The notes under the pieces: generated by a model
Told to the model about the DNA's origin: nothing
Seen by the model: only the letters and a program-made list of their open reading frames with translations
Database searches by the model: none
Program-made: the position numbers and the translations under genes
Shown: one piece after another, positions 28,032-37,562 of the stretch
Layout of the letters: the number at the start of each line of letters is the position of its first letter
Position numbering within the stretch: position 1 is the first letter of the stretch
NCBI GenBank assembly: GCA_937899785.1
Contig: CALCCG010000004.1
Span: 4,231-68,230, forward strand
Direction: 5' to 3'
DNA from: an uncultured Erythrobacter sp.
GTDB lineage: Bacteria; Pseudomonadota; Alphaproteobacteria; Sphingomonadales; Sphingomonadaceae
DNA: 64,000 bases

Positions 28032-29027
28032 CTAGCCATTGAGAAGCTTGGCGGCGATCGGGGCGTGGTAGGTCAGGACGCCGCTGCACCCGGCGCGCTT
28101 GAACGCGGTCAGGGTCTCCAGCACCAGCGCATCACGATCGCCCGTGCCAACGGCCGCCGCCGCCTCGATCATCGCGTATTCGCCGCTGACTTGGTAGGCA
28201 AAGACCGGCACATCGACATGGTCGGCCACTGCCTTGGCGACGTCGAGATAGGCCAGCCCCGGCTTCACCATCACGCTGTCGGCCCCTTCAGCCACGTCCA
28301 TCTCCACCTCGCGCAAGGCTTCTTGAATGTTGCCTGGGTCCATCTGGTAGCTCTTCTTATCGCCCTACAGCACTCCGCCAGCCCCCACCGCGTCGCGGAA
28401 CGGCCCGTAAAACACACTCGCGTATTTCGCGGCGTAGCTCATGATCTGAACGTTGTGATGCTCGCCCATTTCGAGCGCCATGCGGATCGCGCCGACGCGG
28501 CCGTCCATCATGTCGGACGGGGCGATAATATCCGCACCTGCATTCGCCTGATTGAGCGCCTGATCGACCAGCACCGCCACAGTTTCGTCGTTCAGGACAT
28601 AGCCGTTCTCATCCAGCAAGCCATCCTGCCCATGCGCAGTGTAGGGATCGAGCGCGACGTCGGTCAGCACGCCGATATCATCGCCGCACGCATCCTTAAT
28701 CGCGCGGATCGCGCGGCACATCAGATTGTTAGGATTAAGCGCTTCGGCGCCGTCATCCGAGCGGCGCTCGGCTTGCGTGTTCGGGAACAGCGCCACCACC
28801 GGCACGCCGAGCGCCACCGCCTCTTTGGCGCGCGCGACGATCCCATCGATGGACCAACGCGAAACGCCGGGCAGGCTCGCGATGGGTTCCTCAACGCCTT
28901 CTCCTTCGGTGATGAAGAGCGGCCAGATCAGATCGGCCGGGGTCAGCACCGTTTCGCGGTGCAGCGCGCGGCTCCAGGCGGTCGCGCGGGTGCGGCGAAG
29001 GCGAGTGTTGGGATAGCGTCCAGTCAT
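28032..29027 (-). CDS. hemB: Porphobilinogen synthase, interrupted by an in-frame TAG at 28365-28367
   Basis: DVALDPYTAHGQDG, APSDMMDGRV, YAAKYAS.FYGPFRDAVG..VL*GDKKSYQMDP, VMVKPG, YQVSGEYAMI. Confidence 0.93.
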
Positions 29028-29084
29028 GCGGACGCAGGTAGCCGTAAAGGTATGAGCCTTGCAATAATGACGGTGGAACGCGCG

Positions 29085-30797
29085 TCAAAGAGATGTGGCT
29101 TCGATCTTCTCGATCTCGCGGATGGGTTCTTCGATTTCGGTTTGGAGTGTTTCAAGCTCCTCAAACGCAGCGCCCACTTCGATTTCCTTAAGCGCAATAA
29201 GTTTGCGCTTAAAGTCGATCAGTTCGGTGCCCGCCAAGGTCGCGCGGGTTACAAATTTAACGCTGGCGGGATTGATCGCCTTGCCGTTGCGGTACATCTC
29301 ATAGTGCAGGTGGGGGCCTGTGGAGAGCCCAGTCGACCCTACATAGCCAATAACCTGACCCCGTTTGACATACTCTCCAGAGCGAACCGCCATACGGCTC
29401 ATATGGCAATAGCGCGTCGCAAGGTTGCCGGGATGGTCGATCTTCACAGTGATCCCGCATCCGCCCGCGCGCCCTGCGGAAACAACACGACCATCGGTTA
29501 CAGCAACAATTGGTGTGCCTCGCCGCGCTCGAAAATCCATCCCGGCGTGCATGCGGCGATAGCCGAGGATTGGGTGGCGACGCATCCCGAAGCCTGACGA
29601 AATTGCGCCGGGAACCGGCCGCGCCAATCCACTGCGCTCCTCGCCAGCGCCAGAAGCTTCGTAAAAACGCCCTTCGCGGCCCCAACGCATCAACTCATTC
29701 TTGGGCACGCCGCCTCGATCAATTCCTGCGTACAGCAACTGCCCGGCTTGCCGCTCCCCGGTGGCAGCGCGGCGATAGGCGAGAATAATGTCAAACTCAT
29801 CACTGCTGCGCACTTCGCGGTTCATGTCAATCTGGCCGTCGAGCGCGCGCAGATAGTCCTGAACCGCGCTGGCTGGGACTCCAGCGGCGCGCATCGAGCG
29901 GTACAAGCTGGTCCCCACCGTGCCGCGCACACGAAGCGGGGTGTCATCGACGCGGATAGCGTTGCGCTCCAAGACCAAGGACCCAATCGGATTGCCGAGC
30001 TCATCGCGGCGCTCGCGATCGATCTTAAGCTCCAGATCAAAGCGGGCGCGGAACTTGAGCGCGTCCAAGGGTCGGTTCGAGCTCTGATCCGGGCGGCGGC
30101 CCAAAACGAGGTCCATCGTGGTGCCAGGCTCGATATCGCTGATCGGAATGGCTTGGCGTACTAACGCGCTGACCCGGTCAATATCGCTGACCGAAACGCC
30201 CGCGCGGCGCAGCATGCTGGCAAAGCTGTCACCAGCTGCAAGGGTGGAGACGATCTCTATTCGCGGACGCTCTGGCGCGCTTGCGAGCGGGATCACCGCA
30301 TCGGTCGGTGCCATGCGCTGACCAGTATCCGCGCCAAGCCCCAACGGAGCGATCGCGCGGCTGCGGAATTCACTTTGCACAGCGGCGTCCTGAGGCATGG
30401 CGGGACGCGCCTCAAGCGGCGTCAGGTCTGGCCAGAACATCAGCGCCACCGCGCCCAGTGCCACCATCGTCACCAAGCCGCGAAACCAGCGCGGGCTACC
30501 GATGTTCTCGGCAAGATCCGGCGCCAGATCGAACCGGTCCAACCATGTTGTGGTGCCCAGCTTCCACTCGTCGTAACGATCACTCCAACCGCGCACACGG
30601 GCCAGGACCTGCCGTCTTACCTTCTCTGAGCCGGACGGCGGCGCAACGCGCTGTGAATTTTTCAGATAGCCGGCAAAGGCACCGGGGTCATAGGGCCGCT
30701 CTAGCCCAAGACGCCCGTCAGGGTTCGCTCGGCTCGGCCTTATGTGTTTGAAGTTACCCGCTTGGTCCACAGTGTCCTGCTCGATCGATTGCGTCAA
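29085..30797 (-). CDS. M23 family metallo-endopeptidase with TM anchor (MepM-like)
   Basis: SSGFGMRRHPIL..HAGMDF, YCHMS, GYVGSTGLSTGPHLHYE. Confidence 0.9.
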   Translation of the reverse strand: MTQSIEQDTVDQAGNFKHIRPSRANPDGRLGLERPYDPGAFAGYLKNSQRVAPPSGSEKVRRQVLARVRGWSDRYDEWKLGTTTWLDRFDLAPDLAENIGSPRWFRGLVTMVALGAVALMFWPDLTPLEARPAMPQDAAVQSEFRSRAIAPLGLGADTGQRMAPTDAVIPLASAPERPRIEIVSTLAAGDSFASMLRRAGVSVSDIDRVSALVRQAIPISDIEPGTTMDLVLGRRPDQSSNRPLDALKFRARFDLELKIDRERRDELGNPIGSLVLERNAIRVDDTPLRVRGTVGTSLYRSMRAAGVPASAVQDYLRALDGQIDMNREVRSSDEFDIILAYRRAATGERQAGQLLYAGIDRGGVPKNELMRWGREGRFYEASGAGEERSGLARPVPGAISSGFGMRRHPILGYRRMHAGMDFRARRGTPIVAVTDGRVVSAGRAGGCGITVKIDHPGNLATRYCHMSRMAVRSGEYVKRGQVIGYVGSTGLSTGPHLHYEMYRNGKAINPASVKFVTRATLAGTELIDFKRKLIALKEIEVGAAFEELETLQTEIEEPIREIEKIEATSL

Positions 30798-30839
30798 CGA
30801 TTTGACGCTGCGTCTGGCCGGAAAGTCTAGCGCCTCATA

Positions 30840-30855
30840 GTAAAGTTGGGCTTAA
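30840..30855 (-). promoter_or_regulatory. Candidate CtrA site upstream of the M23 peptidase
   Basis: Minus strand TTAA-gcccaac-TTTAC, one mismatch to TTAA-N7-TTAAC. Confidence 0.4.
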
Positions 30856-30963
30856 GCATCGACCAGCCGAGTCTGCGCTGCGATAAGGTGTTGTACGTAG
30901 GGATGCCGATCTATCCTCCACCCCCTGTTGCCCCCGCTGTCGAAGACTGACAATGTCGAGTGC

Positions 30964-33684
30964 GTGACCCCTTCCTTTTCCGACATAGCCGCGTCCGGAC
31001 CGGTTTCTGGACCGGTGCGGGCGGTGCTTGGGCCTACCAACACCGGTAAGACGCATCTCGCGATTGAGCGGATGTGTGCGCATTCGAGCGGCATGATGGG
31101 GTTTCCGCTGCGCCTGCTGGCGCGCGAGGTGTATGACCGGGTGCGGGCGATCAAGGGGGATGATCAGGTCGCGCTAATCACCGGCGAGCAACGGATTGAG
31201 CCACCGGGCGCGCGCTATTTCTGCTGCACGGTCGAGGCGATGGACCGCGTCGGAGGCGGCCACGCCTTTGTCGCTTTGGACGAGGCGCAAATCGGGGCGG
31301 ATCCCGAACGCGGCCATATCTTTACGGATCGGTTGCTCCACGCTCGGGGACGCGAGGAGACGATGATCTTGGGCTCGGCCACACTAGAGCCGATTGTCAA
31401 AGCGCTGATCCCCCGGGCCGAACTGGTCGGGCGACCGCGTTTCTCCACCCTCACCCATTCCGGCGAGACCAAGCTGTCGCGCTTACCGCCGCGCAGCGCG
31501 GTCGTCGCTTTCTCAGTCGAGCAGGTCTACGCTATGGCCGAGGCGCTGCGGCGCTTTCGCGGCGGCGCGGCTGTGGTGATGGGGGCTTTGTCGCCCGAGA
31601 CCCGCAACAAGCAGGTCGACCTGTTCCAGAATGGTGAGGTCGATTACATCGTCGCCACCGATGCGATTGGCATGGGGCTCAACCTTGATTTGAACCATGT
31701 CGCCTTTGCCGCGCTCACCAAATTCGACGGCAAACGCAAACGCCGCCTCACCCCGTCTGAAATGGCGCAAATCGCCGGGCGCGCAGGCCGCCACCAGCGC
31801 GACGGCAGTTTTGGAACACTGACTGGCGGGGGCACACGGTCGGGCGCACCCTTGGAATTCTCCGAAGAAGAGATTTTCGCGATCGAAGAGCATAAGTTTG
31901 CGCCGCTCACCAAACTCTATTGGCGCGAGGCGGAACCGCGTTTTGACGCGCTCAAAGCGCTGATCGGCGATCTGGAGCACCGCCCCCGCCACGACGTGCT
32001 CAAAGGCGCGCCGCAAGCGATTGACCTTGCCGTGCTCAAGCGCCTCGCCGAAGAGCCGCTGGCCGAAACGGTTCGCGGATCGGGTTCGGTGCGGCGCTTC
32101 TGGGAGGCCTGTTCGCTGCCCGATTTCCGGCAGGTGGGCGTTGATCCGCACGCGCGCTTTGTCGCGCGGCTGTGGGAGGACTTACAAGGCGGCTATCTGG
32201 GCGCCGACTTCGTGGCGGCGCGCATCGCCGAGCTTGACCGCACCGGCGGCGACATCGACACGCTGCAAGGCCGGATCGCCGCGATTCGCTCGTGGGCGTA
32301 TATCTGCCAGCGCCCCGATTGGGTGTTGGCCCGCGACGAAATGGCGGCCCGTGCGCGCGCAGTGGAGGCCAAGCTCTCCGACGCTCTGCACGCGCGGTTG
32401 ACCGAAAGATTTGTGAACCGAAGGACGACGATACTGATGAAATCGCTGGGACAGGACGCAGGCGCCTTGCCCGTCAATCTCGAAGACGATGGACGGGTCA
32501 CGGTCGAAGGCGAAGTCATAGGGCGGCTTGACGGGTTTCGGTTCTCGGTCGACCCGAACGCGACCGTGGCCGATCGCAAGATGCTGCTGGCTGCGGGTGA
32601 GAAAGCCATGCCCGGCATCCTCACTAAGCGCGCCCATTGGCTGCTGAGCGAGGCGGGCTTGGCCGAATTGGAGATCGCGAAAGGCGCAGTGCAGTGGCGG
32701 GGCCGCACCTTGGCCGAAATCGCCATGCCCGACGATTTCGTAGCGCCGCGCCTTACGTTGGCACGCGAGATTTCGATGCTTCCCGATGGCCCCCGCGCCA
32801 AGTTGGAAGACGGACTCACAATGTGGCTGACCGCCAAGCTTGAGCCGCTCGAGCCGTTACGCAAGCTCGCCGAAGCTGCGCAAGACCCGCAAGCGGGCAG
32901 CCAAGCGCGCGCTTTGCTGATCACGCTGATCGATGCGCGCGGGGTCGTGAGCCGCGAGAAAGCGGGGCTGGAACATCTGCCCAAGGAGATGCGTCCCTTC
33001 CTGCGCAAACTCGGCGTGACTTTCGGCGCGCTCGACATCTTCGCGCGCGATCTGCTCAAGCCCGCGCCGCGCCAGCTGCTGCGCGCGCTCGCGCTCGACA
33101 CCCGGCCGCTGGAGCCCGCTATGCTCTCGACCCTTCCCGAGGCCAAGCGCCTGCCCGCCGGCTATCGCCCAGCCGGAAGTCAAGCGATCCGCGTTGACCT
33201 CGCCGAGAAGATTCTGCGCGCAGCCTTTGACATCCGCGCCAAGGCCAATGAAGCCCATCAAGCCGCGCAAAAGGACCTGCCCAAAGAGCGCAAAACCCGT
33301 CAGGCGCGCTTCAAGGTCGACTTTGCGCTGGCGGTGTCCATCGGGCTCGAAGCTGACAACGCCGCCCGCCTTCTGGGAAGCGCAGGTTTCCGGCTTCAGC
33401 GCGCGCGCAAGCTTGCCGAGGGCGTGTTTGGACCTCCGGCGCCCGACACCTGGACCTGGCGCCCCCGACGGGCCGATGAAAATCCGCGCCGCGGTCGCGG
33501 GCAGCGCAATAAGCGCGAGGCGCAAGGGAAAGGCGCGAGCCGGCACAAGGGCGCAAACATGGAACCGCGTAAGGCGCCGATGAACAAGGGTCGTTCGACA
33601 AGCCGTCCGTCCCGGGAACCCGACAACGGGCCCGCCCGCGCAGGAGGTGCGTTCGACGCGCTGGCGGATTTGCTTGGCGAATGA
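30964..33684 (+). CDS. Suv3-like SF2 helicase (MgpS family)
   Basis: LGPTNTGKT, LDEAQ, ATDAIGMGLN, QIAGRAGR; basic C-terminal tail. Confidence 0.9.
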   Translation: MTPSFSDIAASGPVSGPVRAVLGPTNTGKTHLAIERMCAHSSGMMGFPLRLLAREVYDRVRAIKGDDQVALITGEQRIEPPGARYFCCTVEAMDRVGGGHAFVALDEAQIGADPERGHIFTDRLLHARGREETMILGSATLEPIVKALIPRAELVGRPRFSTLTHSGETKLSRLPPRSAVVAFSVEQVYAMAEALRRFRGGAAVVMGALSPETRNKQVDLFQNGEVDYIVATDAIGMGLNLDLNHVAFAALTKFDGKRKRRLTPSEMAQIAGRAGRHQRDGSFGTLTGGGTRSGAPLEFSEEEIFAIEEHKFAPLTKLYWREAEPRFDALKALIGDLEHRPRHDVLKGAPQAIDLAVLKRLAEEPLAETVRGSGSVRRFWEACSLPDFRQVGVDPHARFVARLWEDLQGGYLGADFVAARIAELDRTGGDIDTLQGRIAAIRSWAYICQRPDWVLARDEMAARARAVEAKLSDALHARLTERFVNRRTTILMKSLGQDAGALPVNLEDDGRVTVEGEVIGRLDGFRFSVDPNATVADRKMLLAAGEKAMPGILTKRAHWLLSEAGLAELEIAKGAVQWRGRTLAEIAMPDDFVAPRLTLAREISMLPDGPRAKLEDGLTMWLTAKLEPLEPLRKLAEAAQDPQAGSQARALLITLIDARGVVSREKAGLEHLPKEMRPFLRKLGVTFGALDIFARDLLKPAPRQLLRALALDTRPLEPAMLSTLPEAKRLPAGYRPAGSQAIRVDLAEKILRAAFDIRAKANEAHQAAQKDLPKERKTRQARFKVDFALAVSIGLEADNAARLLGSAGFRLQRARKLAEGVFGPPAPDTWTWRPRRADENPRRGRGQRNKREAQGKGASRHKGANMEPRKAPMNKGRSTSRPSREPDNGPARAGGAFDALADLLGE

Positions 33685-33968
33685 GCGGAAGTGAAGGCGA
33701 GGTCCCCACGCTCAGAATCGACCGCCTGCTCGTTTACTTGCGCTTCGCCCGAACCCGCTCGGTCGCGCGCAACATGATCGAAGGCCGCACTTTAAGGCTC
33801 AACAGAAAACATGTGCAGCGTGTTAGCGAAAATGTCGGTATTGGAGACGTGCTCACGGTCGCGATAGGCGGCGACGTTCGTGTGATCGAGGTCATCGCGT
33901 TGCCAACGCGCCGGGCCTCGCCAGCTGGAGCTAAGACTTTCTACCGTGAACTGTCGCGCAACCTGTAG
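33681..33968 (+). CDS. S4 RNA-binding protein (Hsp15/HslR-like)
   Basis: LRIDRLL..LRF.RTRS.A, GDVLT, P.RR..PA.AK.FY. Confidence 0.85.
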   Translation: MSGSEGEVPTLRIDRLLVYLRFARTRSVARNMIEGRTLRLNRKHVQRVSENVGIGDVLTVAIGGDVRVIEVIALPTRRASPAGAKTFYRELSRNL

Positions 33969-34067
33969 TGAAGACTGGCAACTTGACGAAAGGGCCAAAA
34001 TCACCATAGCAGCGCGCCTCAGGATGCCGCGCGCCGGACAACTGTTTAACCGCATGAAAGCCTCTCA

Positions 34068-34406
34068 ATGACTTACGTCGTCACCGATGACTGCATCAAA
34101 TGCAAATACACCGACTGCGTTGAAGTGTGTCCGGTCGACTGCTTCTATGAGGGTGAGAACATGCTGGTGATCAATCCCAGCGAATGCATAGACTGCGGCG
34201 TTTGTGAGCCCGAATGCCCAGCTGAGGCAATCTTACCCGACACCGAGAACGGTTTGGAAAAGTGGCTCGAACTCAACACAAAGTTCTCCGCCCAGTGGCC
34301 CAACATCACGAGCCAGAAGGACCCGCCTGAGGACGCTGATGAGTGGAAGGGGGAGCCCGATAAATTCGAAAAAAACTACAGCCCGGAACCCGGAGAGGGT
34401 GACTAA
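34068..34406 (+). CDS. fdxA: Ferredoxin FdxA (7Fe type)
   Basis: [19 protein letters not shown] and [12 protein letters not shown]. Confidence 0.95.
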   Translation: MTYVVTDDCIKCKYTDCVEVCPVDCFYEGENMLVINPSECIDCGVCEPECPAEAILPDTENGLEKWLELNTKFSAQWPNITSQKDPPEDADEWKGEPDKFEKNYSPEPGEGD

Positions 34407-34421
34407 GCTGGGCCGGATTGG

Positions 34422-35402
34422 CTATTGGGACGTCACGCGCTCAAGCAGCGTCTCCACATTTTCTATCAACCCACGCGCGTCTTCTCGGGTCTTTGGGTTG
34501 TCATCGTCTCGCAGTGTGGCCTCAAACCACTCGAGCGCCTTTCGAAGATCCTTCGGCCGCAGAACTGTCTCTCCATCCTTTTGGCTATACCCTCGCCGCG
34601 CGTGGATTAGACCCACTTGAAACGCTGCATCGGGCCGGCCCCATTGATAGGATCGCTCAAACCACTTGCGCGCTTCTTCGTCGTCGGCGGGCACTCCATC
34701 ACCCTTCTGATGGATCTGAGCCAAGAGAAAGGCCGCGTTGCGTTGCTCTTGAACCACTGCCTGCTCGAACATGAAGCGGGCCAACTCCGGATTGCGCTCC
34801 GTGCCAATTCCCATCAGGAGGTAGCCCCCATAATCGGTCTGCGCGTTCGCATCCCCGGACACGGCTGATAGGCGGCACAATCGCAAGCCTTCTGAGGCGT
34901 CCTGCGCTCCGCCCTCGCCCTTGATTAGCATATTGCCGTAGGCGCAAATGGACTGCTGGTAACCAGCCTCGGCGGCGCGTCGATAAAGAGCGCGCGCCTT
35001 GGCGAGATCCTTGGGCCAGCCGCCGCCAAACTCGTAGCAATTGGCAAGGTTGTGAAGGCCATCCGCCCGCCGGCCGCCAAGCCGCAAAAAGTAACCACAC
35101 GCGCGACCCCGATCGCGCTGGGCCCCCGCCACGCCGAAAGCAAAGATCTCGCCTAACATCTCGAGCGCGCTGTCATCGCCCTCATCCGCCAGGCGCTCGA
35201 GTTCGCGAATGACCTTATTCTGGTCTTCTGGGTTTGTATCGTCGAACACTGCGGCCACGTTGGCCGACATTTCCGACATATAGCGCTGCTCCGGGATTTG
35301 TATCGGCGCGACCACGGTTTGAGCGAGAAGAAAGGCGAAGATGGAACATTCTCCCGCTTGGTTTGACCGTTCTGCAGACCCTCTCGCTGCGTTGCAACAC
35401 AA
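34422..35402 (-). CDS. Sel1-repeat protein (start uncertain)
   Basis: Repeated units such as LANCYEFGGGWPKDLAKA, YGGYLLMGIGTERN, LAQIHQKGDGVPADDEEA. Confidence 0.82.
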   Translation of the reverse strand: MCCNAARGSAERSNQAGECSIFAFLLAQTVVAPIQIPEQRYMSEMSANVAAVFDDTNPEDQNKVIRELERLADEGDDSALEMLGEIFAFGVAGAQRDRGRACGYFLRLGGRRADGLHNLANCYEFGGGWPKDLAKARALYRRAAEAGYQQSICAYGNMLIKGEGGAQDASEGLRLCRLSAVSGDANAQTDYGGYLLMGIGTERNPELARFMFEQAVVQEQRNAAFLLAQIHQKGDGVPADDEEARKWFERSYQWGRPDAAFQVGLIHARRGYSQKDGETVLRPKDLRKALEWFEATLRDDDNPKTREDARGLIENVETLLERVTSQ

Positions 35403-35660
35403 GTGACTCGCAATTTTGTTGCGATTGTGTTATATAATGGTGCGACCGCGCCATGAAGATTGGCGCTAAGGACAGAAAATAGAAAGGTCACTCACCAACA
35501 GCGAAATCGGGGATGAGTTTCCGACCAGCGAATCTGCGCCTGCAATTGGCAGAAGCAGCCTCGCGGTACGAGCCTCCTTTTGCGCGGCATTCCGGTTTAA
35601 GGACTGACCCGCGCCTCCCGTTATATCGCCCCCGGTGCGTGCGAAAAGAAAGGAATACGA

Positions 35661-36194
35661 ATGGCTTCGAGCGTGAATGCTTTCACCGTCGGCGACTATG
35701 TAGTGTATCCCAAGCATGGGGTTGGCCGGGTGATCGAACTACAAAGCGAAGAAATCGCCGGAATGCAGCTCGAGCTCTACGTTCTGCGGTTCGAGAAAGA
35801 GCGGATGACTCTACGCGTTCCAGTCAACAAGGTTGAATCGATCGGTATGCGCAAGCTGTCGTCCGACAAGACGCTTAAAGAAGCCATGGAGACGCTCAAA
35901 GGGAAGCCGAAAGTCAAGCGCACCATGTGGTCGCGCCGCGCGCAGGAATATGAGGCGAAGATCAACTCTGGCGACCTCGTTTCAATCGCCGAAGTCACTC
36001 GCGACCTGTTCCGCCCCGACGACCAGCCTGAGCAAAGCTATTCGGAGCGTCAGATTTTTGAGGCCGCCTCAAGCCGCCTTGCCCGCGAACTTGCGGCGAT
36101 GGAAGAGACCGATGAGCCGACAGCGCTTGAGAAAATCCTTGATGTGCTGCGCGAGCATGCACCGCAGTATTATGAGAGCGTGGAGGAGAGCTAA
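35661..36194 (+). CDS. carD: CarD/CdnL transcription regulator
   Basis: GDYVVYPKHGVG, MWSRRAQEYEAKINSGD, QSYSERQIFE. Confidence 0.95.
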   Translation: MASSVNAFTVGDYVVYPKHGVGRVIELQSEEIAGMQLELYVLRFEKERMTLRVPVNKVESIGMRKLSSDKTLKEAMETLKGKPKVKRTMWSRRAQEYEAKINSGDLVSIAEVTRDLFRPDDQPEQSYSERQIFEAASSRLARELAAMEETDEPTALEKILDVLREHAPQYYESVEES

Positions 36195-36214
36195 GCGCTC
36201 ACATAACGAGATCG

Positions 36215-36243
36215 AAAAAGGGCTGCTTTTGCGGCCCTTTTTT
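36215..36243 (+). terminator. Intrinsic terminator after carD
   Basis: AAAAAGGGCTGC-tttt-GCGGCCCTTTTTT. Confidence 0.8.
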
Positions 36244-36355
36244 GTTGAACGGTCTGTCTGTGCGCTTGGTCGAATTGCCGCCCTTGCAACACGGCCCTAG
36301 GTGTATTAGCTTGGCAATACGCCTTGGTTTCACTGAGTTGTTGGAGGGAAGTTCG

Positions 36356-37165
36356 ATGAAGAAGCAAGTGGCCGATCGCGCCTCGCAAGCGCGGATGCGC
36401 AATTGGGTGAGCTCCGCAAGCGCTATTGCGGCAAGCCTGGCACTCACGGGCTGTATCAATCTGGGAGGTGGGTTTTCCGGCGTTCCGCTTGATGAAATCG
36501 ACACCGGATCCAGCGCACCGGTCGAATTCGCGCTCGCTGGACCCGATGACGTTTTTCTGACCGTCGGTGAGCAACTGGATATCCAGGTTGAAGGAGACGA
36601 AGCGGTTCTGGCCGATCTGCGCTTCAAACTCGACGGCGACACCCTAGGAGTTGGCCGAGAAAGCGATTGGATGGACAGCAAAGGCAAAGCGATTATTCGC
36701 GTGACTATGCCGGCGCCGCGCAGTCTCTCTCTGGCGGGCAGCGGCGATATCGATTCCGAAACCCTTGCAAGCGACGCTGAGATATCGGTAGCCGGATCGG
36801 GAAAGGTGACAATTGCCACCGTCGCCGCCGATGATCTGGACGTCAGTGTCGCGGGCTCCGGCTCGCTAACCGCCAGCGGCACCGCAAGGTCCCTGGATAT
36901 TAGCATTGCCGGTTCGGGAGACATTAACTTCGCAAACCTCAAAGTGGACGACGCTGAAATCTCAATCGCAGGTTCTGGCGATGTTGAACTTGCATCAGAC
37001 GGCCGTGTAGAGGCATCGATCGCTGGCTCGGGAGACGTGCGCGTCGCGGGCAACGCCACCTGCCAATCGAGCGCGATGGGCTCCGGCACCGTCACCTGTC
37101 GACCAAGCGCCCAAACCGCCGAGGCAACCCAAACCGCTGGCGAGGAAGCTGCGTCCACAGAGTAA
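36356..37165 (+). CDS. GIN/DUF2807 beta-helix lipoprotein
   Basis: Lipobox LTGC; many ISIAGSGD-type repeats. Confidence 0.85.
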   Translation: MKKQVADRASQARMRNWVSSASAIAASLALTGCINLGGGFSGVPLDEIDTGSSAPVEFALAGPDDVFLTVGEQLDIQVEGDEAVLADLRFKLDGDTLGVGRESDWMDSKGKAIIRVTMPAPRSLSLAGSGDIDSETLASDAEISVAGSGKVTIATVAADDLDVSVAGSGSLTASGTARSLDISIAGSGDINFANLKVDDAEISIAGSGDVELASDGRVEASIAGSGDVRVAGNATCQSSAMGSGTVTCRPSAQTAEATQTAGEEAASTE

Positions 37166-37232
37166 GTGCAGGCCCTCAACAAACGGCGAAGTTGACCTTG
37201 CCATCGCGGGTTTGAGCGGCGACAAGACGGGC

Positions 37233-37562
37233 ATGATACGAGTCCACCCCTTACTCGTTTGCGTTGCTGGCCTAACCTTGTCCGGCTGCGTGGCGCGAAC
37301 GGCCGTCAACGTTGTCACCGCGCCGGTCAAGTTGACCAGCAGCGCGGTCGATGCGGTTACAACAAGCCAGTCAGAGGCGGACGAAAAGCGGGGTCGAGAC
37401 ATTCGAAAGCGCGAGGAAGAACTCGAAGACCTCGAGAAGAAGTATGAAAAGCAGCTGAAGCGGTGCCGTGAGGGAGACCGCCGAGACTGTGACAAAGCCA
37501 AGCTACCGCAGGCCGACATCGAAGAACTAAAACGGCGTTTGCCCGCGGGTTCTTCGGACTAA
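37233..37562 (+). CDS. Small hypothetical lipoprotein
   Basis: Lipobox LSGC; VVTAPVK..VDA.TTSQSEADEKRGR coiled coil. Confidence 0.75.
   Translation: MIRVHPLLVCVAGLTLSGCVARTAVNVVTAPVKLTSSAVDAVTTSQSEADEKRGRDIRKREEELEDLEKKYEKQLKRCREGDRRDCDKAKLPQADIEELKRRLPAGSSD

Noticed and set aside
28032-28343. Separate 103-aa gene after hemB
   Set aside because: It is the in-frame C-terminal part of HemB
28065-29597. 510-aa plus-strand ORF
   Set aside because: Antisense to hemB and the M23 gene
36720-37090. Tandem DNA repeats
   Set aside because: Reflect protein-level IAGSG beta-helix repeats of the GIN domain
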